Positions 1 to 12,565 of a stretch of DNA of 64,000 nucleotides are shown here, one piece after another (position 1 is the stretch's first letter; each line of letters begins with the position of its first letter). The translations under genes were made by a program, and so were the position numbers. The stretch spans positions 24,304-88,303 of the forward strand of contig FLMG01000016.1 of NCBI GenBank assembly GCA_900088475.1. The letters run 5' to 3'. The stretch is from Hyphochytrium catenoides. Lineage: Eukaryota > Protista > Hyphochytriomycota. The notes under the pieces were generated by a model. It ran no database searches. It had not been told where the DNA came from and worked only from the letters and a program-made list of their open reading frames with translations.

Positions 1-3000
1 CAACGAGAATACTCGCGATGACAGGGTTTCTCCAGAAGGCGCCTCACAAGAGACAAAGAATGTACCACTATGTAACACAAGTCGCAAGCAAAACCACCAA
101 CTGCTCGATATCAAAGGAGAAAGTGCACTGTGAGCAGTGATAGTGGCTGACGCCAATTCACTCACCTCTAATAATGGCAATAGCCACCGGTTTTTCTGTT
201 CCTCAGTCCCGTAACGGGCAAGGATTTCCATATTCCCTGTCACCAGTGGTTAGGAGTGAGGGAGAAACTTGCCTACAATCAACAAGCTCCTGTTTCTGAT
301 CTCGCTGTTTGCACTTCTAGCAGTACCTGTATCCGGAGCGCTGCAGTTGAAGATCTCAGGGGCAACTATGGACCTGCCCATCTCTTCACACATCGGGGCG
401 TACTCGGCATTTGTCAGCCCAGCACCATATTTCCCTAAAGCGTGGGCAAATAACGAGGGCATTACACACTATGGTCAATGACGGTCACCACTGGCTACCA
501 AGGGTTGATGGGATACTCCACGGATAGGCGAAGAATGGACAGTGCTGTAAGTCGTGTATCAAACGATGCCATCAGCAGGACCTTAAATGGGCTTGTGCAG
601 TCAGTTTGGTCCAACATAACAAAAGAGATTACTTCCGAGAAGAGAGAATAAAAGAGGAATAAGCACACCCTACCGCTGTCATTTTCCACGGGAAGGAAGA
701 GGTTCCATAGTCCAGCGGCTTTGGCCTTCCCTTTCAGCTGTTCTACTAGTGGTGCCCGGGCCTTCCACTGTCATGCATATGGAAATAAGTATATAAAGAA
801 CAAGTATATGTATAAACTAGGTCTCTAAAAACATAAGGTAGCCGAGAACAATGGAAATGGAGTGAAAAGGTTGTGGCCGTTCAGAGGTAGCAAGGAAGTG
901 AAATGCTGGTCTAACAGCATCTGCGTGGCAGCGGTCACCCTGTTAGAACAGCCAGGGTATTCCGTGAATGAGTGAACCACGTAAAAGCACAACGGTAGAA
1001 TGTCACCTTATGTGAAGAGTGATAGTTGTGGTGCAGGATCTGCTGTTCAACGGGGAGAATCTCATCTCTGACAAATTCCTTCACTTCCTTCAGTAGCTTG
1101 GTTGCCTTCTCTGATAGTCCATAAGGGGGCTGTGAATTTAGTGGTTAACGCCAACAGAGAGAGTCAAGTAATAAGGGACGAGACTATCAAAGATCAGTGT
1201 TTAGCGAGAGGGACGTAGGTTTATGAGAACAAGGGGGGAAGTTTTGTGAAGACTGAGCGACCACGTCTCGATTAAACTTACTGAGATGCTGTCTCTGCCG
1301 ACTGCCCGGGGCAGTTCTGCCTTGGCAGTTGCATGGAATCCTCCACTGAAGGCAGCGCCGGTTGCCGACATTTCAGCATGATGCTGCTGTATCAGTTCAT
1401 TTCCTAAAGGAAGTCCAATCCGTGCAGTTAGTAGACAGCAGGATTCGATATGGGGCACCAATGGTCCATAATACATAATCAACCACGGAGTCAGGGGATG
1501 CAAGGAGGATCACCTTTCTTCGCCATTGCTGAGGCTAGTCGACCCACAGCCACTGCCTTATGGGAGCTGGCATTGCCCTGCTGGGCTCTACAATAAACAC
1601 CCTAGGCCCGGTTATTGTTAGCATCTAGTACCGCCAACATAGGTCCCACAAATGAAGAGCAGACATAGCTAGGAGCATGAGTAGTGTATATGAGCAAGCA
1701 CACCCTAAGCGATAGGACGGGTGCAAACAAATTGAGCTATCAGACACTGCGGGAAAGGACGTGCAAAAATAGAGTTGCCTTTGACACAAAGAGCAATAGG
1801 GGTGCGCTTTTCACCTGCAAGATTGCTGCCACCCTAAAGAACGCGAAGGCAACGTAGAAGTTCCAGTTCTCAATACCACCAGTAGGAAGCCCCGCCCGAC
1901 GACAGTACTCATCCAGATGCTCCTGTAAAGTGGGGATGGCCAACGCGGAGTGATCAATTCCCTAATGAGAGCAAGATGAATGTTAGCTCAAACTTTATAG
2001 CAGAAAATTGGAGCGAAGAGGTGAGAAGTGAACTATTGCAACATCTTAGATAGACATATCTCAGTTGCTCTAGCTTACCTCTAATCCTCCAAGAGGTGGA
2101 GGGGTTCCCTGCTTGAGATAGTACAGCAAGGAGTTAAAGGCCAGGTCACTCATAGGGTGACCCAGGGTTGATAGCTCTATAATGATAGGGAGACCACCAG
2201 GTGAGCAGCTGAAAACCGTAAAGAGAAAAAAGAGGAGGAGATGGCGCTCACCCCAGTCTAGAATTCCTTCCACCTCCAAAGTCTTTTTGTTAAAGATCAT
2301 ATTGTCCAGGCGTAGATCTCCATGCACTAAAGTTGTTTGGTCGGTAATCGTCCCGACGTACATCTCAAGGTACTCAATCAGCTTTTCCATGGCTCGAGGA
2401 TCGTGGTCCGGAGTCAGACTTGCCTATGCGAATAATTAGAGGGATAACTCTTTCCCCTCTACAGCTGCCGGAATGTATCTCGTTGTACCACACATCTTGT
2501 CCGATGCCACATCAGTCCCCACCTTTCCTTCTCCCTTTTATTGATCCTGGCGTCGCCACACATTCCCTTGCACCTCCATCCCGGACTCACCTTGTACTGA
2601 GTGGTCCAAGTCTTCATTTGACGTTCAAAGTACCTTCCCTCTTTTCCATAGTCGGCTAGACCTACGAGACGGTTAGATAATGCGGTTTTTCCCCACGGTG
2701 AACCCCGTAATCTTTAGTCTGGCGTTGACGCTGGGACAAAAGTCAAATATTACGTCACAGATCACACCGGGTAGCACTAACATAGCATAAGCCCTCACTT
2801 AAAAGAAGCCCGGCCTATCGTCTCCCGTACGGTTGGACAAAAGCAGCTAACAGGCTTGCCCTGTCCATAACTTCTGACTGTGCTTACCGATCGCCTTGTA
2901 GTCCACCTTGTGTAGATCAGCGATCTTTTGTACCATGGAGATATAGACTCTCTTCCTGGCGCTCCCGTTACTTCCGAGCTCATCTAAAGTCGGCTGCTTG

Positions 3001-3737
3001 AATAAAAACCCTGGGGTGTAGTCGTAGATGTAGAAGGGAGTCCCGATTACGGAGCGATCCTCACAGTACAGACGGACGTTAGGTACTGGGATGTTGGTCC
3101 TAGAGCCCAAAGCCTTCATGATCTGAACATCGCGATGAAGGCAGGAGCTCAGATTTGATCGAGGAAGAGCGGTTAACACTGATGTTTAAGGGTTTCATTG
3201 CCCAGCCAGCCAGCCTTTCTTAAGGGGCCAATCGGACAGAGAGTATTTGTGCGTACCCGATACTCTCGGTCGACAGCGTGTGCCCCTTTCAGAAGCTTGC
3301 CGTGCGGCTGACGTCTGAGCACGAGCGGAGGAAATGAGTCGGACCTTATGGCGTACGTCTATGACAAGAGAGTAAGCCGATTTGCCTTTTGAAGCTCCAC
3401 ACCGTTTGCACCTACCGGATTACTCTGTCCATGACTAAACCGGCGGACATAGATTTGATCAAAGTCATTGTGGCGCATCTCAGGAATCTTTGGCTTCAAA
3501 TAATCAAGCAGCTTCTGAAAGTCTACATCCTTATTCCTGTGTGCAAACGTATGTTGATAAAAAGTAAGCCTTACCCTTAACCCAGCATATTGGGATAGCC
3601 TACCTAACGGCTTCTTGCTCCTGGCGATTTCTGGCCATGCCGAACCTGTCGTAGGATCTTAAGGGGAAGCTGATAGAGTGCTTTCCCCTTGAGGCCGTGC
3701 CTCTACGTGGCAGGCTTCTGATAAAGAGTTGCCGCAT
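1..3737 (-). CDS. ACAD10/ACAD11-like acyl-CoA dehydrogenase with N-terminal aminoglycoside-phosphotransferase (APH)-like domain; multi-exon, 3' end outside window
   Basis: Exon peptides [41 protein letters not shown]|[30 protein letters not shown] (APH domain) and [34 protein letters not shown] (ACAD N-domain). First exon [13 protein letters not shown]... from ATG 3737. Confidence 0.92.
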
Positions 3738-5917
3738 CCCTGCTATTTCAAGGGACTAGGGACTAAGTAGTCCCAGCCGAACCTTTCACCCCCAACTCCT
3801 GGCGAGGTCACCTCTCTACGATGGTCCTTCTTCTAGGACCAATTGGCGCACAGCAGCTAATGATGGTGAAAGACCAGACGCCGAGTGTTGAGAAATGCTT
3901 AGGGCTGGAGTCGAAGCTTTCACGGAGCATGAAGATCTGACTGACAGTCTTGAAGCGACAGCAACAACAGCTGCAGCGCTGGCATCGCTTCTGGGCTTCA
4001 ACGTGAAGGGAAAATCATTCTGAGGAATCACTATGTCAAGAATCGTCCCTTTGATCCTTCAGTGATAACTCGAGTCTCGGACTTCAAAAATTACAAGTAG
4101 AAGTACTTATGATACTTGATGGTGGTGTACCTTACTGTACCGAAATAACTGTGAAAGTACTTAAGTAGAGCTACCGTACATCCAATCACACAAGTACTTG
4201 TAATTGCACAACTATGCAGGTCAGGCTGTTGACGGTGAGCAGTGAAACAGTAGTACAGCTGTGCCTTATTTAGTTCTTTATTAGAAGAAGTAGGGGAAAC
4301 TAACAGATTGGAGTGACTAATAACAAACTATCACCGCGTTTTACAGGACTAATTTAACAGTTATACTCTTCATTCCACAGTCTACATCACCGAGGATGAG
4401 AGTAGAGTCCAAAAAACAAAAGCTGTAGAATAGTTCTACAGCTCCAGAACTACTGTACAGAAGATCATCTGCGAGGAGCTTTTGAATCAAGAATAGCTCT
4501 CCTCCTCCCACTGCTACTAGTTCTACAGTTCGCCACATTTGTGCCACCCAGATCCTCCTGAGACCCTCTACTCTTGATGTGAGTCCCGTGAGAAAGTCAC
4601 ATTCGACCCATCGAGTGGTGTTCATTCCAAGAGTCACTCATAGATTACAAGATCACAAGTACTTTACTCACACTCCAAACTGGAAAGGAAACTACAATCT
4701 TAGGGCCCAACCTGCAGATGTCCTATTGTCTACCCGCGTGATCACGACGCTGGTGTTCGAAGGCCAGAGGTAGCGAATGATGGATAGAACTACTTGACTT
4801 TCCACCAAAGAGCTGTCTTTAGTTAGGTGGGGTGATGCTGGTCCGTACACTTTTTTAGTGACACATAATATAACAGGTACCTTGGAACGTCCTAGACCAC
4901 AGGTGCAATGCGACTATGGGGGTTAAAATAAATAATCTATTCAGCGGGCTGAAATGGAAGTGCTCCATAAAATATTGGTAGAATAGGACAGTGGTGAGTG
5001 ATGTCCCTTGGAAAAAGCGCAGGCATGGACTCATAAGATGGTAGAAGAACTTATCGACGCACGCAAGAAGAAGTGCACCTAGAATCTATCGAGAGGGAGA
5101 GAAGTACCCTGTAAGTTAGCGAACTGCAAAGCATGTGCAACAGTATTTCTATTGTTACCGTAGCAAGAGTGAGAACGCAGAAATTGGTTTTCTTTCACCT
5201 TTCGCCCCAGGAGGACATAATAAGTCTCGCTCAGACATAGGAGATCACTCTTGTCCGAACTATGCAACGTAGAGAGCGTCGCGGCTGAGAGTCCTTATCC
5301 CTGAGCTACATTAGCAGGCAGCACCCACGTTTCCTCCCAAAGTAAACGGAGACTAGAACTACTGGTCAGTACTCCCGATCCTGAAAACAATCTTATGCCT
5401 CTCTGACACCAGCAAAGTTTCTTGTCTTTTTTGTATCGTCGTCCTTCCACCCCGGTGGCAGAGCGGAGCAAAGCTTGCTGAGTTGGAAGAAAAAAATAGA
5501 TCTCGTTCTACTCCGACGCAATAGGGAGAGAGCGTTCTCTGCCTGTTATTAACTACTGATACTATGTTGCCTCCCTATCTCAACTAACGCGCAAAAGAAG
5601 AGTGGGCGTTGAAAATTCCGTTGCCACCAGTGCGAGTGAGGTAAACCTCGAAACATCATCGACCAAGGATGGACCACATCTGCAACAAAAGCGGCTGCCC
5701 CACTGTATAACTTCTAAAATAACACTACGCGAAGCTGTTGTGGCTCGTGCAGCCCATGCTATGAAATGGGGCCTCTCCAGGGTAGCGCGCAAGTTTGACC
5801 AGAGTCACCGTGGTCGACGCCTTCGAAAGATGCAGCCAGACTTCAATTTACAGGCCGCAGTCTCTCTTGAAGGCATTCAACGTGCTCTTTGAGGTCCTGC
5901 AACCTTGATTAATAAGT

Positions 5918-7282
5918 ATGTCCTTGGAGGAACAAAAGGGATGCGCTTATCCCTATGTGGGAGTGGAGTGCGATGATCTCTTCAAAGATGCACCGGGAAT
6001 GCATGACAAGTACCTCACATGGCGCATAGTAACTGGGAGTCTCGGTCTTTTAACAGCCGCAATCAGCGCCGTTAGGCTCTGTCAAGTCATTCATCTCGGT
6101 GGTCCACTGCAAAAGCAGATTTTCACTCTTCTACTATTGAGTTCTCTGACGTTGGTGGTACGCGCCGTCGATCCAGAAGGGTATGGCGGACTCTTGCCTC
6201 TATCTGTTTGCAACTCTCTTGAAATGGTGGGCTTTGGTTTCTTATACACTATCGCGATAGTGATACCACGCGTATGGCTGTCTCTGGCTGAGACCCGAAG
6301 CACCTCCTCCGGCACCTTAAAGACCACGGTCTGGATGCGAAAGCTCGCTTTCGGTCTGCTTTTCTTCTTATGGCTTAACTTCGTTGCACTGGCGGTGTTC
6401 GCATCACTCAGTCCCTTCGATCCGAAGCTACAAGGTATTCTATACGCTCTGCTGGGAGGGCTTACTATAGTAATGGCAATCTATACGGTCTGCGCGGGCT
6501 GTATTCTTGGTCGAAGCATTATGTCAGCTCTGCAGGAAGAGCGGTTGGGCACACCGCCAGGAGGTGATGGACTCCGTATATCTTTAAAGGAAGCGGACCA
6601 CATTCGGAGTCATCGTCTGGGTTCGTCCGGCGCTTATACCTCGGCGTACATTCCGTCACCTGCCGGATCATCCAACGAAAGCTTCTGTCAAGCACTTACT
6701 CGGGTCTGCCAGGAGGCTCCCCGCATAGCCAAAATGGTGAGCATGATGGTTATGATCGCACTGGCCATGGCAGGACTGCAATTAGTGCAATCCTTACAAC
6801 TCCTAAGCAGTAGTAACACGTACGGAGAGACTCAGTGGGCGCAGTACCAATACTGCATGCAAGAAACTCCGAAAGATCCTAAGATTTGTGAAGAGGCAAA
6901 CTCCCACATGATCTATCCCATTAGCATCCCAATACAGGCAGCACTGATTCTCTTCTCCGCGTGGATATTTTGGAAGATTCCGGGTGCCAAGACCGAAAAT
7001 GGTTCTGATGAAGGGAGTGGTGCAATGAGTATGGGAAAACGTGGAAGCTATGGGCCACCAAGAAGTGGAGATGCTGAAGGCTTCTCTCTGGACGCCGAAT
7101 ATCTAGGCAGCCCGTCCTTTTACCCGACCGAAGTTCTAGTTACGGAAGTAGAGGATGTTGGCCAGTATCAGCTTTACATCGCTAGGGAGACGCTACATGT
7201 CCACCCGGAGGACGAGACCACTCCGCCAAAGGACGAGGAGGGCATCCGCTTTTACCTGAATAGTCAAGCTTCATCACAGTAA
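5918..7282 (+). CDS. Intronless 7-transmembrane GPCR-like protein (TOM1/THH1/GPR137-like), paralog A
   Basis: 454-aa ORF with seven hydrophobic segments, R-x2-DP-x-G after TM2, long ICL3, Cys pairs in the N-terminus and ECL3. Clear similarity to the ORF at 11300-12565. Confidence 0.8.
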   Translation: MSLEEQKGCAYPYVGVECDDLFKDAPGMHDKYLTWRIVTGSLGLLTAAISAVRLCQVIHLGGPLQKQIFTLLLLSSLTLVVRAVDPEGYGGLLPLSVCNSLEMVGFGFLYTIAIVIPRVWLSLAETRSTSSGTLKTTVWMRKLAFGLLFFLWLNFVALAVFASLSPFDPKLQGILYALLGGLTIVMAIYTVCAGCILGRSIMSALQEERLGTPPGGDGLRISLKEADHIRSHRLGSSGAYTSAYIPSPAGSSNESFCQALTRVCQEAPRIAKMVSMMVMIALAMAGLQLVQSLQLLSSSNTYGETQWAQYQYCMQETPKDPKICEEANSHMIYPISIPIQAALILFSAWIFWKIPGAKTENGSDEGSGAMSMGKRGSYGPPRSGDAEGFSLDAEYLGSPSFYPTEVLVTEVEDVGQYQLYIARETLHVHPEDETTPPKDEEGIRFYLNSQASSQ

Positions 7283-8938
7283 AAGGTGGACGGAGGCATG
7301 GCTGGTAAATGCAAGAGTTCCATTTTGAATCAATTGCTGGGCTCTTCTGATCTCCTCCGTCGCGAACCGAACAGCATTGCTCGGTTGTTTTGGTCTTAGT
7401 TGAGAGCTGGTTGCGTCCGTCGTTGTTCAGTAGGTGGGAACAAGGGCCGCCGCTACGAATAGGAAGACGCATCTCTGCCCACTGGTCCATCTATGGAGGC
7501 AGAGGCTGGTGGCGGGACGCGCGTGTATCTTAGTTATGTTCCACGGCTGGCGCTCAGTTTCTCTTTGATGCCCTTCGGCTGCTGTGAGGATGTTCATTAC
7601 CATTACCGATTTCTGCATGCTCGTACATACTCCCTCTTTCTATTATTTTCATTAACATCATTATTTATAAAAGAAGGTAACCATCATGGTCCTCTAAGCA
7701 AGCTATGAATCCGCAGTGATTAGCATAGGGATTAACATGTGATGAACCTTAGTCTGCCACGACCGACCTCAACAAACTCTTCTTTTCCCATATGTTCATA
7801 AGTGTGAGACGTCATCACACGAGCAGTTAATTAGGTCAAGAATAAAGGCACTGTGATCAACAGCACAGCATCAATCGCAAAGGACGCTTACCTATTGTCA
7901 TTTTGCACTTGATCTCGCCATTTTGAGCTCTTCACCGCTGCATCCTTTACTGGGCAGGAGGAAGTCAATGATGGCTTACTTCGTCAAGAAGGGATATCGA
8001 TGCCGTCGGCAGGTTGTCAACATTTCTTAGTGGGAGAAAAGGTAGATAAAAGCCCTTGCTGCTACCTCTCTCTCATGGCTGCTATAACTACTCTCGACAT
8101 ATAATTTTGTGAAGAGTAGGAGTTAGTTCTGACATCCCATTGTCTGTCGGACTGTTGAGAACCACGATGACAGCTAGCTAATGATCATCATTCGGGAAGA
8201 AGGGAGGAGGATGATGAATAGCGCCACCACACATACAGCAGCGGCATTATTGCAGCTCGCCTTCTTCCTCGGCGGTGAGCGATGCCCTCAAGCATCATCA
8301 TCCTCACTGTCGGTAAGTACCAGTCAATCCTCGTTAATTATAGTCGAAGAAAGGCATCTTCCTTCGTATTTCCCAACAATATTTTCCTTCAGGACAAAAG
8401 GTCAATAACATCACCTATCCATCAGTTATCAATGGTCTTGATCTCTCGAACCAGATCGAAAAGATCCTGGAACAGATTGGGGAGAAGAATCCTTGTACTG
8501 TAAGGGAAAGGGGAAACAAGGGAAGGGATGTTGGATGATGTTGCAGGTGTTGCAGGATAGACTGCGGCGACGACGATGATGAAGGAAAGGAAGAGCAACG
8601 AATAGAAAGCAGGATCCCCGCGCCACAGATGCAGGCGAGATGATGGAGGAGCCCCGAGCTGGCAAAGGCCAATGAAGCAAGGAACCGCGGCCAACCTCGG
8701 CTTGGATTAGAGCAAGGATCGGGAGAAGTGGTGAAGACTGGGCAGCAGCCTACTTCCTATAATCTACGACGAGGAGAACGCATATATCCTTCTAAGATCG
8801 TTGCCGGTAGAGGAGAAGTGCCAGACGAGCCTGGAGAAGAGTCCCACGTGGGACGGAGAGTAGGTATCAGGGACGAGTGCACCTTATTCGCGGTTACTGG
8901 ACGAGCAAGAAACTTCTTCATCACTTGCCTAGCGAAGA

Positions 8939-10985
8939 ATGGAAACAGCAGTTGAAGTCTACCCGCTTAAACCAGTGGCGCAGAACTATGCCTGGGGCAA
9001 GACAGGACCAAACAGTCTAGTCGCACAGTTGCTAGTAAGTATGCTTTCCTGGTGTCCGTGAAACGTGGAACCAGCCAACATCATGCTGTTCGACTCAGGA
9101 GGGAGGCATGACAGGATCTATTCAGAGTAATCTACCTTATGCTGAGCTCTGGTAAGGATTCTCACTAAACCTGAGGCCTGGCCTTGCAAGTGGCCGAATG
9201 CGGCCAATTTTCACACTCGACGGTAGCTTAGAGGAAGAAGGTTCTAACAACTCGTCTCACTCTATTTCAGGATGGGCACCCATCCGAATGGTCCAGGGAA
9301 GATTGAAACCGGTAAAGGAGAGTGCTTGCTCTCCGATTGGCTGAAGGTCAATCTTGGCTTTCGTCCTGAGCACATGTCTGCCTTTCTAACCTCAACTGAC
9401 AGGCCAATCCGGGAGCCATGGGTGAGGACCTCCAGGGCAAGGATTTACCTTTCCTTTTCAAAGTTCTCTCTGTCAACAAGGCCTTATCCATCCAGGTATG
9501 ACCTCAGCGTCACGACTGTTTGTAGTGGTACTCATCCTGTGCTATGGAAAGGCCCATCCTGACAAGCCAGGTGCAGAGCGGCTACATTCGGAGAAGCCTG
9601 AACACTATAAGGATGATAACCACAAACCAGAGATGTGCATCGCGATGACGGAGTTTGAGGCGCTGTAAGTACTCCGCTGTCCAGCTTCGGGATGCTGAGG
9701 GGTTGCACTAACCGGACTTCGCGATCGACTTGCAGCTGTGAATTCCGCGAGATGTCCCAGGTTCAGGCTTACCTCTCAGCAGTGCCAGAGTTCCGCGCCC
9801 TCTTTCCTGCTGACGGTACGCAGAAGTTTCAGCGATGTGACTTGCTAGCATAACCTATTGGACTTATCTCGTCTTTCTCTTCTGCATCTGCTCCATGTTC
9901 CTTCCAGTGGCCAAGGAAATGGCGGAAAATCCTAGCCCCGGAGCGCTCAGAAAACTCTTCACTTCCTATGTGCACACCGACGCAGAAGTGGCTCGCAGGT
10001 GCCTCGAAGAGTTGCAGGGCAGATTGGAAAAGGGTCAGACCCAAGATGAGCTAGAGCAGTTGGTGCTGCGGCTCGCAAAACAATACCCGGGAGACTTCGG
10101 GGCTTTCGCTCCTTTTTTACTGAACTACGTGAAGCTTCACCCTGGAGACGCAATATTCATGGGGCCCAATGAGCCACATGCCTACCTTTCAGGTATAGCG
10201 GGAGTGAAGGGCTTTGTCAGCTAGTATTGCTGTTAGAAGTAAGAGGACGGAAACACAGATATGATATCGTAAGAGGAGAAACATTTTAGGAGGGGACTGG
10301 CTACGACTTGTCCTAACAACTTCCATGGTATGCAGGGGAGTGTATCGAATGCATGGCGACATCTGATAACGTAGTGCGGGCCGGTTTGACTCCAAAGTTC
10401 ATTGATAAGGCGACGCTCTGTGATATGCTGACATACAAGTAAGCTCTTGCTCATGATTGGTTTGCCTGACATGCCCTTCTTGATCTCTCAAAACAGTGGG
10501 TGCCACCTAATCTTTTCAGGTGTGGCATGCCGATTGTGATTCCTGGGCAAAAAGTTGATGAGTGCACGACGTCGTACATTCCCCCTACTCCTGAGTTCCG
10601 CGTGGAGAAGATATCTTTAGCTCCTCGAAGTAACTACAGGCTTGACGGCAGCAAGAGCCCACAAATTCTTCTATGCACGGCTGGCACTGGCCACATTCAA
10701 GGCAACAATACGGACAGGTGGGGAACCTTACAGAGTTGGAGTAGGGACTTGCAAGTCGCAAAGACAAGTAGCTGACGCTTTCCTTACCGCAGTACGGAAC
10801 ATTCTGTGTCGAAAGGGAGGGTGTTTCTCTTGACTGCTGGGGCTAATGGACCCGAGCTACGGTCCTCAGAGGCTGGCCTGGAGCTATTCAAGGCCCACTA
10901 CAATGAGGCCACCTACCGGTCTCACAGCTTCATCAGGCAAAACTCCGTAGACCGTAGAGTGAGCGACAGATATATTCTTAGCTAG
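8939..10985 (+). CDS. MPI: Mannose-6-phosphate isomerase (type I PMI), multi-exon
   Basis: Spliced motifs [35 protein letters not shown]|[51 protein letters not shown]. Stop TAG at 10983-10985. Confidence 0.96.
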
Positions 10986-11299
10986 GTACTGCGCATGCTC
11001 AAAAGAGTTACTCCTAGAGAGTGAGGCGATTGCTTTAGCACCTCAACGAGGCAATCTAATTGAGAAGTCTAAGATGGTGCCGGCGATACGGTCGTGCGAT
11101 CACAACTTTCATTGAGTAATGGACATAGTATTATAGGAAATGTGAAGAAAAGGCTAACCTCCTGCATCAGATACAAAAAGAGAGAACGTGGCCTCAGACT
11201 GGGTCAGAGAAAGTATTCCAGCATTTGCAATGCGCAGATAGCGTGCTGAATGAGTGTATCATCAGCGGCCTTGATAATAAGAGGCAATCGCTCGGAGTA

Positions 11300-12565
11300 C
11301 TAAGCGTGTGCTTGTTGCGTGCTGTACTTGCTTCTTACTCCATATCCCGACTGGAAATGGCTCTCCTGTTCATCCTCTGAAACCAGCACCTCAGTTGGAA
11401 TAAACTCTGTGAACCCGATATCTTCCCGACGAGGTTGCCTACTGCTGCCACCTCCGCGGCGACTTGTCTGTTGGCGCGATCGTTGGCCACTAGTAGCAGT
11501 TCCTCCGTGATTGTTCGTCCGAATTGTCTCATCATCGTTCTCTGTTCTGGCTGGAATCTTCCAGAAGATCCACGTGCAGATGCAAATAACGGCAGCTTCA
11601 ATTGGCATATCTGGCGGATAGATCATGGCACGGTTCAGGGACTCACAGCCTCCTTCGCGCTGCTGCTTTGTATTGACACAGAACTGGTAGTTTGCCCACT
11701 CATCATCCTCGAACTTCTCGTCGTCCAGAAGAATATCCAACGCAGCGCCCAGTGCCAGACCCGCCACCACCATGCCGATAACCACCAGGACCAGCACAAT
11801 CTTGGCAATCTTGGAAGTTTCTCTGTACCGCTTAACAATCGCACCCCAAAGACCCTTGGGCGCCGAGGCACCCTCTTGTCCTGCGGATTGCCTTCCAGCG
11901 TCAAGCAAAGACGAAGGCTGGTTCTTGTTGTTCTCATTCTTGAGAGCGTTCCGAATCCTTTGATCCAGAATATATCCAGAGAACAGCGCGTACATGATGA
12001 GCATTACCGTCAAACCGCTGAGAACTCCAAACATGTAGCCTTGGGACCGGTAACCAGGTCCGAAGGGGTCGCTGGAGGCGAAGACCACGAGACAGATAAG
12101 GTCCACCCAGGTCATTAGCACTAGGAATATGCCCACTCTTTTAAGCCACACTGTTGCTAGAATAGAGGCAGCAAAGCTTCGAGCAAGAGAGAGCCAGACC
12201 AGGAGAATAACATAGACAATGGTATAGAGGAAGCCCATACAGGCAAACTCTAGCAGGTAGTATGCCCAGCGTGGTAGAAGATTTCCCAAAGCAAGTGGGT
12301 CAATGCCGCGAAGGATGATGGTCAAGGAGCTCAGGAACAGTAGGGTGTAGACATATCGCTGCAGAGAGGCACCATTCTGGACCACTCTGCACATTTGGTA
12401 ACCCGTCAGGGAAGTGACGGCAATGCCAAGGAAAACCGTCACGACTCGCCAGATGATGTACTTGTTACCCATTCCAGGCGCATCGCGGAAGAGGATGTTG
12501 CACTTGGGCCAGTTAACAAAGGGAAAAGGACAGATATTGGGCTCGTAGTCGGAGGCGCTCTCCAT
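11300..12565 (-). CDS. Intronless 7-transmembrane GPCR-like protein, paralog B
   Basis: 421-aa ORF, seven hydrophobic segments. Shares C..LF.DAPGM..KY..WR.VT..LG, LQ....TLL.LSSLT...R..DP, GFLYTI, W..YQ.C, MIYP...PI.AA, WIFWKIP and PTEVLV.E.E with paralog A. Confidence 0.8.
   Translation of the reverse strand: MESASDYEPNICPFPFVNWPKCNILFRDAPGMGNKYIIWRVVTVFLGIAVTSLTGYQMCRVVQNGASLQRYVYTLLFLSSLTIILRGIDPLALGNLLPRWAYYLLEFACMGFLYTIVYVILLVWLSLARSFAASILATVWLKRVGIFLVLMTWVDLICLVVFASSDPFGPGYRSQGYMFGVLSGLTVMLIMYALFSGYILDQRIRNALKNENNKNQPSSLLDAGRQSAGQEGASAPKGLWGAIVKRYRETSKIAKIVLVLVVIGMVVAGLALGAALDILLDDEKFEDDEWANYQFCVNTKQQREGGCESLNRAMIYPPDMPIEAAVICICTWIFWKIPARTENDDETIRTNNHGGTATSGQRSRQQTSRRGGGSSRQPRREDIGFTEFIPTEVLVSEDEQESHFQSGYGVRSKYSTQQAHA

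Noticed and set aside
4340-5300. Possible retrotransposon relic with many TAG stops
   Set aside because: No RT, RNase H, integrase or transposase motif and no terminal repeats could be read.
11435-12118. 227-aa plus-strand ORF
   Set aside because: Antisense to the 7TM paralog B CDS, no recognisable motifs.
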